Below, piece by piece: positions 43,191 through 50,413 of a stretch of 64,000 bases of DNA. This DNA is from Candidatus Babeliales bacterium. Lineage in GTDB: Bacteria; Babelota; Babeliae; Babelales; RVW-14. Positions within the stretch are counted from its first letter, which is position 1; each line of letters opens with the position of its first letter. The notes beneath the pieces are model-generated. The model was given only the letters and a program-made list of their open reading frames with translations, had not been told where the DNA came from and made no database searches. The DNA is taken from the NCBI GenBank assembly GCA_041652535.1, contig JBAZHB010000002.1:1582-65581 (forward strand), in the 5' to 3' direction. The translations under genes and the position numbers were made by a program.

Positions 43191-43221
43191 TACTTTATAT
43201 CAGGATATTGCATATTTATCC

Positions 43222-43249
43222 TTGACATTCCCCCACAAAGTGATATACT
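43222..43249 (+). promoter_or_regulatory. sigma-70-type promoter of the plus-strand small-gene operon
   Basis: TTGACA (43222-43227), 16 nt, TATACT (43244-43249). Confidence 0.6.
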
Positions 43250-43257
43250 GTATATGT

Positions 43258-43486
43258 GTTTAGCAATTATGTTATCGGGTGGTAGTGGCGGAATAAAACG
43301 CACATTTATAGAACGAGCCGAGCGGGTCTTGCTGGAAACTCATGAAACAGCGGAGTAGGCCGAATGGCTCCAATGAGTTAGAGGGAACATTATACTTTCT
43401 TAGTCTATAAATGAACAGCTTGCAGGATGAAATTTCCTGCCTACCACCTAAAACTTACACCAACTGCCTACCCCTAAATATTCGGA
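43258..43486 (+). ncRNA. unassigned structured 5' leader / possible cis-regulatory RNA
   Basis: About 230 nt without an ORF. Long-range helix GGTGGTAG (43278-43285) / CTACCACC (43441-43448). Nested helices AACTCAT/ATGAGTT and GCAGGA/TCCTGC. Confidence 0.35.
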
Positions 43487-43507
43487 ATGGGAAAGAGGGA
43501 GAAGGAT

Positions 43508-43774
43508 ATGGATGAAATTAGTAGACTAAAACAATACCAGTCAAAAGGATTACCGGATTGCCCTCTTTGTGTGAACTGGTTTTTAGGATGTCTAAATGGA
43601 CGTAACAGGTGGACGGATAAATCCGTAAAGCCTGGATTTTGCTACACAGGGCAGAGTGGCAAGGAATATATTTCATGCGCAGATATACCGTCAGCCGAAT
43701 TCCCTTTACGGATGCATTGCAAGGCTTTTATTTGGGACCCCAATCCGGAAAGATTAGGTAGGGTAGTTCTTTAG
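43508..43774 (+). CDS. small Cys-rich protein
   Basis: 88 aa from ATG 43508 (RBS GAGGGAGAAGG). Confidence 0.45.
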   Translation: MDEISRLKQYQSKGLPDCPLCVNWFLGCLNGRNRWTDKSVKPGFCYTGQSGKEYISCADIPSAEFPLRMHCKAFIWDPNPERLGRVVL

Positions 43775-43807
43775 TTTGCACAATAGCAGGAAAGGTGGAG
43801 GGAGGTA

Positions 43808-44014
43808 ATGGGGATGTCAAGAAAGAAATATCCTACTGATCAAACGAAATGTATAGATGATATTATTTGTCCTCATTGTGGGCATAAATTTGAAGGCCAA
43901 CGTGCTCTTAACTACGATATGTGTTGTATGTTGAATGTATTTTGCCCTGAATGTAATAGAGAAATGGAAATAATGATCAGTGTTGAATATATGGCAACAG
44001 CCGTTGAAGATTAA
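43808..44014 (+). CDS. small zinc-ribbon protein
   Basis: CPHCG...CPECN. Confidence 0.45.
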   Translation: MGMSRKKYPTDQTKCIDDIICPHCGHKFEGQRALNYDMCCMLNVFCPECNREMEIMISVEYMATAVED

Positions 44015-44029
44015 AAGGGAGGTAAAATC

Positions 44030-44365
44030 ATGAAAATAAAATTTACCGGTACAGAAGACAATATATTAGAAATCATAAACGCCTTGCCGGGCAAAGCGAA
44101 AGCCATTAAAGCCTGCGGTAAGTCAATTACAATACCGACTAGCAAAGGTGCAAAACAGGTGTTTGTTGGCGATGTAGTGGTCGTTGAGGGTGAAAACGTG
44201 AGGGTGGAGGTAACGGGGATGAAAAGTTTAAAAATTACTGAGGTAGATAAAAGATTTCATGTAGGACAGGATTGCCCTTTCTGCGATGGTAAACTGGTCG
44301 AGGTTGAAGGAAAGTTACAATGCTATCATGAGGATTGTTATTTTAATAAAGTAGAATGGAGGTAA
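44030..44365 (+). CDS. hypothetical protein with C-terminal zinc ribbon
   Basis: 111 aa. RBS AGGGAGG. CPFCDG...CYHEDC. Confidence 0.45.
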   Translation: MKIKFTGTEDNILEIINALPGKAKAIKACGKSITIPTSKGAKQVFVGDVVVVEGENVRVEVTGMKSLKITEVDKRFHVGQDCPFCDGKLVEVEGKLQCYHEDCYFNKVEWR

Positions 44366-44370
44366 TAGGG

Positions 44371-44520
44371 ATGAAAATTATTGAAAAAGAGTGTGTAACT
44401 TGTGATAAAAAAGAGACATGTACAACATGCAAAATTCCATATACAAAAGGTTGCGTAAATTTCATCAGTATGCGTGGGAGATCAATAAAAAGAATTGACC
44501 GAGCGCATGAAAGGAAGTAA
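44371..44520 (+). CDS. small Cys-rich protein
   Basis: 49 aa. RBS GGAGG. CVTCDKKETCTTC. Confidence 0.4.
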   Translation: MKIIEKECVTCDKKETCTTCKIPYTKGCVNFISMRGRSIKRIDRAHERK

Positions 44521-44617
44521 GAGGGTAACAATTATGTAAACAGCAAAAAGTATAATGTTAACGCAAAGGAGAAAAACACCCGAATTTGTCAACGCAATAG
44601 AGAAAGGAAGTGATAAG

Positions 44618-44797
44618 GTGACAAAGGGTGAATTGGAAAATCTTTCAGAATTATCGCTTGATGATTTGCTGAACATATCAGAAATGCTTGATAAATATAT
44701 GAAACTGTATAACATTATACAGGGAACAAAGAAAAATTTCACTGAGGATAGGCAAGTGATAAATAAATTCAATAGGTGTATAACGAAGGGTTTATAA
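44618..44797 (+). CDS. small protein, N-terminus paralogous to 44833..45036
   Basis: GTG start after GAAAGGAAG. VTKGELENL versus MTKGELVKT in the next gene. Confidence 0.35.
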   Translation: MTKGELENLSELSLDDLLNISEMLDKYMKLYNIIQGTKKNFTEDRQVINKFNRCITKGL

Positions 44798-44832
44798 AGG
44801 CTCCCACATAAGCAGGAAAGGAAGGTGAGAGG

Positions 44833-45036
44833 GTGACAAAAGGTGAATTGGTAAAGACGGCTGTAAAAATGCTCTATCAACTAGGAAGGGAAGAGGAGCA
44901 AGACGGATTTAATGAGTTTCCGCAATTTTGCGAAGATTATTTAAGGGAATCAATACCAAAAATGACTAGCGTCCAATTGCATGAACTGATAAAAGAAATC
45001 AAAACCACTTCGGTAATTGGAATAAAATCCCCCTAA
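44833..45036 (+). CDS. small protein
   Basis: 67 aa. RBS GGAAGGTGAGAGG. Followed by a terminator. Confidence 0.4.
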   Translation: MTKGELVKTAVKMLYQLGREEEQDGFNEFPQFCEDYLRESIPKMTSVQLHELIKEIKTTSVIGIKSP

Positions 45037-45062
45037 TCCATGAGGACTAAGGGGATTTTTTG
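45027..45062 (+). terminator. intrinsic terminator
   Basis: ATCCCC/GGGGAT stem followed by TTTTTTG. Confidence 0.7.
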
Positions 45063-45073
45063 TTAATGTATTT

Positions 45074-45247
45074 TCATAACTCAGGCTTTTTATCCTTGTT
45101 GAAAAAGTATGTAAGTATCATGCCGCCGAACAGCACAATGTCCTTCGGCTCAATAGTACCTTTGATGGACAGGAAAATTATATCTGCCACTACTGCAAAG
45201 GTTACTATAGTTTTCACATCAATGAGTTTTGAAAAGCGTTCTTTCAT
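45074..45247 (-). CDS. putative holin (small two-TM protein)
   Basis: 57 aa, not in the ORF track. RBS AAGGAGAG. TIVTFAVVADIIFLSI and IVLFGGMILTYFF hydrophobic segments. Directly downstream of the endolysin. Confidence 0.5.
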   Translation of the reverse strand: MKERFSKLIDVKTIVTFAVVADIIFLSIKGTIEPKDIVLFGGMILTYFFNKDKKPEL

Positions 45248-45263
45248 ATCAATTTCTCTCCTT

Positions 45264-45815
45264 TCATATACAAATTCGCACTGGTAAAGTTTTACTTATC
45301 AGTGCTTGTACTTCGTTCATTTTTGCCTTTGTCAACTTACCTGCAATGCCGTCAGCCTCCAACCCAAACGCCTTCTGAAATTCCTTGACTGTCATTTCCA
45401 GCGGATTTTCCGGTCGTTTGCCTTTGAGTAAATCGGCTGTGGTAAGCCCCCCGGTCCATTGAAAATGAGGACGGTCTACAAAGGGTACAAGCTTTCCGTT
45501 CTTTCTGACCTTAAAATCTCCGCCCCAAGTTAAACCGAGCTTTTTGCCAATTGCTGCAGCTTTTTTGTAATCCACATTGTGCGGGAATGAACAGTCCCAA
45601 GCCAGGCCATAGTTGTGCATGGAATAGCCAGCTTTTGTGTAGCTCAATATCGCTCCCGGCTTTGTCCTGCCAATAGCGTATATATCGGTTTGCTCCTGCA
45701 TGGTGCGCAGTGTGCTGGTGATAACAGGTTCCAGCCCTTTCGCCCTGCATTCTGCGGTAAACTTTTCCGCAAGGTACTTGACATACGGGTGCAGGTCGTT
45801 TAGATTTTTACTCAA
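45264..45815 (-). CDS. endolysin: peptidase M15 (D-Ala-D-Ala carboxypeptidase-like) + PG_binding_1 domain
   Basis: SMHNYGLAWD, WGGDF...DRPHFQ (M15 metal ligands). C-terminal FQKAFGLEADGIAGKLT. Confidence 0.8.
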   Translation of the reverse strand: MSKNLNDLHPYVKYLAEKFTAECRAKGLEPVITSTLRTMQEQTDIYAIGRTKPGAILSYTKAGYSMHNYGLAWDCSFPHNVDYKKAAAIGKKLGLTWGGDFKVRKNGKLVPFVDRPHFQWTGGLTTADLLKGKRPENPLEMTVKEFQKAFGLEADGIAGKLTKAKMNEVQALISKTLPVRICI

Positions 45816-46065
45816 CTTGTTCTACCTCCTTCTTCTCTAAATCGTCTATCCGGTGATTTGCCACTTTCATTTTTTCGTCGAACACTTCGCACCGTTCCTC
45901 AAGCCTATACGTTCGCTCAATAAGGTTGTTGTGCCTGTTAACTTTGTTTTCCAATTGCTCAAGCCGATAGGCAATCAGCGCCGTACTTCTCCGTTGTGCG
46001 AAAAAGCTTCCCGATAATGTGCCTGCAAAGGCAATTAACGCTACTATAATGCTGCCTATTTCCAT
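45808..46065 (-). CDS. XhlA-like lysis-associated membrane protein
   Basis: 85 aa. N-terminal TM IIVALIAFAGTLSGSFF followed by a coiled coil. Confidence 0.5.
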   Translation of the reverse strand: MEIGSIIVALIAFAGTLSGSFFAQRRSTALIAYRLEQLENKVNRHNNLIERTYRLEERCEVFDEKMKVANHRIDDLEKKEVEQVE

Positions 46066-46137
46066 CTTGCACCGCCCTTCTTTTTATGTAATAATATAAA
46101 GACCTTCCTTTGTCAGCACCGCCGACACTGGAAGGCA

Positions 46138-46176
46138 GTAAAAAGCCGGTTGGTGTTTGCGCACCTTCCGGCCTTT
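46138..46176 (-). terminator. intrinsic terminator closing the pilin island
   Basis: GCCGG/CCGGC stem with T-runs on both strands. Confidence 0.5.
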
Positions 46177-46284
46177 TGGGTTCTGCGGGTTATTTATTTA
46201 TGTTTCACAGTTGCCTTGCATACAAGCCATTTTACACCGTGTATCGAAAGCCCTATTGCAACGCCTACCAAGAATGATTTCATA

Positions 46285-46647
46285 TCAATTCACCTCATTT
46301 TCCACAGCAAGGTATGTGTGACCGGTCGGAAAGTATATCACTGCCTTATCGTCCAGCAACCCTTTATCCTGTAAAAACTGGACTATTGTTTCCGCGCTGT
46401 CACCGTCTTTGATGGGACGGTAAACATTGATTGAAGTCTGTCCTAAAAGATTTTCGTGGTCGTTGATAGTGCAGTACATTGCTATACAGGTATTGATGCT
46501 GCGTATGCTTGTGGTATCGCTTGCTATTTTAATCTGGTCTTGTGCACCCTCCATTTTGGGTATAGTGATTAAACCGATGATACCGATGATTGAAACGACG
46601 CAAACGAGCTCTAAAATTGTAAATCCTTTCTTGCTTTTCTTTAACAT
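46285..46647 (-). CDS. prepilin-type (type IV pilin-like) protein 3
   Basis: MLKKSKKGFTILELVCVVSIIGIIGLI: class III signal (G-1, F+1, E+5). RBS AGGAGGAAG. Confidence 0.75.
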   Translation of the reverse strand: MLKKSKKGFTILELVCVVSIIGIIGLITIPKMEGAQDQIKIASDTTSIRSINTCIAMYCTINDHENLLGQTSINVYRPIKDGDSAETIVQFLQDKGLLDDKAVIYFPTGHTYLAVENEVN

Positions 46648-46766
46648 ATAACTTCCTCCTAAATAATATTTGATGCTGTAAGTATAACACTAAATGTAAC
46701 ATAAAGTCAATATTGATTTGTGTTATATTTTGTGATATACTATTATCAAAGGAGGTGATATAAAAT

Positions 46767-46958
46767 ATGTTTACTATGGATGATAAATTTATTGTTAAAC
46801 CTAACACAACCGAATCAACCACTCTCACTATCCGCATTGATAAAGATGTTATTGCAAGGTTTGACGATTTGGCAATCAAGTCAGGCCATTCCCGTAATTC
46901 GCTCATTAACATGGCACTTCATTATGCCTTGGAAAATCTTAAGTTTGAGGGCAAGTAA
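46767..46958 (+). CDS. CopG/Arc-type ribbon-helix-helix protein
   Basis: TLTIRIDKDVIARFDDLAIKSGHSRNSLINMALHYAL. RBS AAGGAGGTG. Confidence 0.6.
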   Translation: MFTMDDKFIVKPNTTESTTLTIRIDKDVIARFDDLAIKSGHSRNSLINMALHYALENLKFEGK

Positions 46959-46990
46959 ACAATTTAAAGCACACAGGAGGCGATTATATT

Positions 46991-47314
46991 TTGTGTATCG
47001 TTTACCGTCACTTAAACAACCAAGGTGAAGTTATTTATGTTGGTCAAACTAATAGCTTGTATACGAGGCAAGAAGGCCACAAAAATGGTCTTTCTCATAT
47101 ATCAGAGGAACATCGAAATAGTATTGCAAAAATTGAGCAGTTTGAAACAACCTCGCAGGCTGATTCCGATTTATTAGAAATTTACTATATCAACAAATAT
47201 CAGCCGAAATACAATAAATCTTGGAAACATGAAAAACCTATGTCTCTTACGATAACCCATCCATTCATATGGGAAGAATATATTCCAAGAATCAAAAGAC
47301 ACAAAAATCATTAA
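46991..47314 (+). CDS. GIY-YIG nuclease-domain protein
   Basis: TTG start after AGGAGG. VYRHLNNQGEVIYVGQTNSLYTRQEGH...LEIYYINKYQPKYN. Confidence 0.7.
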   Translation: MCIVYRHLNNQGEVIYVGQTNSLYTRQEGHKNGLSHISEEHRNSIAKIEQFETTSQADSDLLEIYYINKYQPKYNKSWKHEKPMSLTITHPFIWEEYIPRIKRHKNH

Positions 47315-47344
47315 CTGAATACATTGCAAAGAAAAGAGCGCCGA

Positions 47345-47635
47345 TTAAAGCGCTCTTACCATTTCTATTATCCACCAGCTGTGACTTAACACAATAATCC
47401 CTTCCCCAATCAGCGCCATCCGCAAGAGCCGTTTGTACCTGTCTTTCTTGCGGAATATCAGCCAGAAGGGTATCAGTATAACCGCCATCATAACCAGTCT
47501 CGCCAACAGACTCCACCCGAATGGCAAGTTGAATAGCCACGCCATAAGCGAGTTAGCTTCATAAGCATACTGTGCGGTTACTGATATATAGGTTAGTACA
47601 AAGTCTGTAAGCATGAGGATAATTAATACTGGCAT
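47345..47635 (-). CDS. small polytopic membrane protein (DUF5658-like)
   Basis: 96 aa, 3-4 hydrophobic segments. Sits between pilin genes. Confidence 0.5.
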   Translation of the reverse strand: MPVLIILMLTDFVLTYISVTAQYAYEANSLMAWLFNLPFGWSLLARLVMMAVILIPFWLIFRKKDRYKRLLRMALIGEGIIVLSHSWWIIEMVRAL

Positions 47636-47644
47636 GTTGCCTCC

Positions 47645-48667
47645 TTAATTAGCAACTATTGTTACTGCGCCATATGGTGCAATATATCCACCATACCAAG
47701 GCGTTCCGGTATTTTGTGCTGGAATAGTAATGGTATATGTCCATGTATTGGAATCTTTTGTTAAGGTAAATATTGCTGTTTTGCTAGCACTGGTATCTCT
47801 CGATGTTATATGTATTTGGCTATTACCAGGACCACCTATATGAATATCCCCACTGACAACTGCAAATGTATATGTATCGTCCGGCCTGTTTATCTTTGGC
47901 AATAAATCTGTTGCAGTTTCTCCATAGGTGGTGCTAAAACTCAACGAAGGTGCCGGTAATGCTATTGCTGGAAATACTGCAGTAACTACTCCTGAATTAA
48001 TGGGATTTGTTGCAGTCGCTCCGGATACAGTAAAGGAATTCGCGGTTACACCTGCAAATGTAAAACCAGATTTTACAGTAAGGGTAATAGTTGCTGTATA
48101 GGTTTTGCCTGCGATAAAATGGCTATCAGCAGGTGCCCAAGATACACTACCGGTATATTGTGCAGTCTCTGGGATGGATGTTACCGGTGTTGCATCAGCT
48201 ACAGGCGGGATTACGCCAGAGATTGCGAGTAAGGTTACTACGCCGCTCGGCGTTGATGTAGATTGTTCTTGTACTGTTACGTCACCATTTGTACCAACAT
48301 CAATATCATAATGGCTGGCAGGAACTTGTAAATCCCGGCCATTCAACGATACCAAGGGGTCAATTGCAGCCTCTATTTCAGGCTCTGTATATGTGTGTCC
48401 ATCCCCATTTGTCCATCCGGTAGGTGTTAAATTGCCATTCTCATCCAGCACAAGTGCCGCAGGATTGATTGGAGCTTTTAAATCACCTGAGGCAATCGCC
48501 ATTTCAAGTGACCTAGCTACAACATGAGCCGCTTCCTTATCAGCCGCCCTTCTCGCTGCATCAGTAAAACCGCCTAATCTTGGAACTGCAATTATCGCAA
48601 GTATGCCAAGTATTGCTATAACAACTATCAATTCTATAAGGGTAAAGCCTTTTTTATTCTTAAACAT
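47645..48667 (-). CDS. large prepilin-type protein 1 with Ig-like C-terminal domains
   Basis: MFKNKKGFTLIELIVVIAILGILAIIAVPRLGGF. C-terminal YTGSVSWAP...KTYTATITLTVKSGFTFAG... beta-rich repeats. Confidence 0.8.
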   Translation of the reverse strand: MFKNKKGFTLIELIVVIAILGILAIIAVPRLGGFTDAARRAADKEAAHVVARSLEMAIASGDLKAPINPAALVLDENGNLTPTGWTNGDGHTYTEPEIEAAIDPLVSLNGRDLQVPASHYDIDVGTNGDVTVQEQSTSTPSGVVTLLAISGVIPPVADATPVTSIPETAQYTGSVSWAPADSHFIAGKTYTATITLTVKSGFTFAGVTANSFTVSGATATNPINSGVVTAVFPAIALPAPSLSFSTTYGETATDLLPKINRPDDTYTFAVVSGDIHIGGPGNSQIHITSRDTSASKTAIFTLTKDSNTWTYTITIPAQNTGTPWYGGYIAPYGAVTIVAN

Positions 48668-48681
48668 TTCGATATTCCTCC

Positions 48682-49101
48682 TTACTTTTTAATTTGGTAA
48701 TCGTATGCCGGGCCAATTGGATTAGTTGATGTCAATGTTACAGTTACTTCGCCATTAGGCGCGATAACAATGTTTCCATCAACTATTGCTGCTCCACCGT
48801 ATTTTGCAGAAGTCAAATCCAAATCCCTGTCAAGTATCAAATTTTCTGCTTTCAATGCGGTTATCAAGCCAGTTGTGCTTGTATCAAAAGTAAATGTTGA
48901 ATCTGTCTGATGTTCTGCTACATATATAGCCGTTGCATTCGCAGTCACCGCAGCCGCTTCCTTATCTGTTGCTATTTTTGCATTCTCGCTAAACCCGCCT
49001 AAACGCGGCACTGCTATAATAGCCAGTATCCCCAAAATTGCGATAACCACGATGAGTTCTATCAGCGTGAACCCTTTCCTACCTCTTAACCTCTTAAACA
49101 T
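48682..49101 (-). CDS. prepilin-type protein 2
   Basis: ATG 49101 after AGGAGGA. MFKRLRGRKGFTLIELIVVIAILGILAIIAVPRLGGF. The 27-residue block KGFTLIELIVVIAILGILAIIAVPRLGGF is identical to pilin 1, with synonymous DNA differences. Confidence 0.8.
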   Translation of the reverse strand: MFKRLRGRKGFTLIELIVVIAILGILAIIAVPRLGGFSENAKIATDKEAAAVTANATAIYVAEHQTDSTFTFDTSTTGLITALKAENLILDRDLDLTSAKYGGAAIVDGNIVIAPNGEVTVTLTSTNPIGPAYDYQIKK

Positions 49102-49303
49102 GGTACATCCTCCTAAAATTATTGTCAGGTTTTTCCCCTGCATATAGGTTATACCATGCAAAATTATTCTTAGACACTTTTAAAAAAATATTTTTATTTT
49201 GTACGGCAATCTGCTATAATGTGATTGCGAACATACAAATTTTACTTTTCTTTAGTCCCCTCGTTGGAGGGGATTTTTGTTATGTTGCCGTTGTTTTTAA
49301 TAG

Positions 49304-49585
49304 TTATGCTGTTGTGCCGTCTGCATCTACCCATCCGCCAGTAGTTGTATACCATATCGGACGGCCAAGTGTGGTGTCAAAATACATGCTGCCATCTGAT
49401 AAAGAAGTTGACCGGTCTGTTGAGACTCCTGATAAATTATAAGACACTTCTGCCGCCGCGCCTGCTGAATTGAGTACATACATTTTTTCGCCTGACAAAA
49501 GATAAAGTCTTGCATCTCCCGAATCAGGATTAGCCGGGCTTGATGATTGCTCAAGAAACGTTAATTGAATAATTTGTTGTGCCAT
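49304..49585 (-). CDS. tail-fibre tip / receptor-binding-associated small protein
   Basis: 93 aa. MYFDTTLGRPIWYTTTGGWVDADG motif, recalled from phage fibre/depolymerase termini. Confidence 0.4.
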   Translation of the reverse strand: MAQQIIQLTFLEQSSSPANPDSGDARLYLLSGEKMYVLNSAGAAAEVSYNLSGVSTDRSTSLSDGSMYFDTTLGRPIWYTTTGGWVDADGTTA

Positions 49586-50413
49586 TTAAGCCACCTCCAC
49601 CATAATTATATCCCCGTCAATGTCAAAGACTATTTCGGGGCTTGTTGTACTACCGTTTACCAAGGGTTTGAGTTTTGTTTCTCTGTGGTCATTCTGATGA
49701 TTGAATGCAAGGGTTGTTTTAGTTGAATTTGTATATATATCATAGTTTGAGGCATAAATAATAAATGGAGGAACTGATATCTCTCCACCTGTGTGTATCA
49801 TTGTTTGCCATTGCCCATTATTAGTGAAAAGATATAAAGAATATATATTATAAGTATTTTCACTGACGTATACTTCCTTTTCAGTTGTAAAAAGAGCAGT
49901 GCCATAACCAGGATATAAGAAAATAATTTGATATTTTTCACCTGGATACGTTGGCGGTGTATCGGGATAATACCGCCATGTCTGTATTTGTGTCTTGTGA
50001 TAATGGCTTGATATTTCGCCTGTCAAAACCGCTTCAATATTAACTTTTGTTACCAGACTTGCATGAGTGTGTGAGGTCAATTCTCCTGTCAGTACCGCCT
50101 CAATTTCAGCCTTTGTCATTGCTGGACTAGCCGCAACATGCCAACTTGTACCGCCATCACAGCTTATTTGCCCGAAACAATTCTGTTTTATCGCCGTACT
50201 GTTTGCTGTGACTGTTCCTGCGCCATAGTTGACAATAATAGAATCAGCGAATGTATATACCGCCGCCGCTGCCGGAAAGGTTAGCGTTATCGGCGTAGCA
50301 GAGGTACATTTTATTATTGTGTCGAACAGGTCGATATCATCTAGGGTGACAGACGATGTGACTACTTTTTGCTTCATAAGTTTATCCTCCTGTTGCTTGC
50401 TCCGTCTTTCCAA
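49586..50413 (-). CDS. tail fibre protein with tandem IEAVLTGE-x-SH-x-H motif
   Basis: AEIEAVLTGELTSHTHA and VNIEAVLTGEISSHYHK, 20 aa apart. Confidence 0.5.
   Translation of the reverse strand: MERRSKQQEDKLMKQKVVTSSVTLDDIDLFDTIIKCTSATPITLTFPAAAAVYTFADSIIVNYGAGTVTANSTAIKQNCFGQISCDGGTSWHVAASPAMTKAEIEAVLTGELTSHTHASLVTKVNIEAVLTGEISSHYHKTQIQTWRYYPDTPPTYPGEKYQIIFLYPGYGTALFTTEKEVYVSENTYNIYSLYLFTNNGQWQTMIHTGGEISVPPFIIYASNYDIYTNSTKTTLAFNHQNDHRETKLKPLVNGSTTSPEIVFDIDGDIIMVEVA

Noticed and set aside
43277-43291. T-box riboswitch, because GGGTGGTAGTGGCGG resembles the T-box GGGTGGTACCGCG
   Set aside because: The match is partial. It lies at the 5' end of the leader rather than in a 3' antiterminator. 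There is no specifier-loop/terminator arrangement, and the downstream genes are not aminoacyl-related.
41400-45260. Two adjacent prophages separated by host DNA (late genes at 45-64 kb belonging to a different element)
   Set aside because: The same TTGTTAGT arm repeats flank the core on both sides. The intervening genes are phage-style morons. No host housekeeping gene is present, and no module is duplicated in the window. A single phage genome read across attP (or a tandem lysogen junction) is simpler. It cannot be fully excluded without the flanks.
49254-49280. Hairpin CCCCTC-gttg-GAGGGG + ATTTTTGTT as terminator of the tail-fibre transcript
   Set aside because: The T-run is on the plus strand while all flanking genes are on the minus strand, where the stem is followed by ACTAAAG. 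It may insulate against antisense transcription, but it is not a convincing terminator for the annotated genes.
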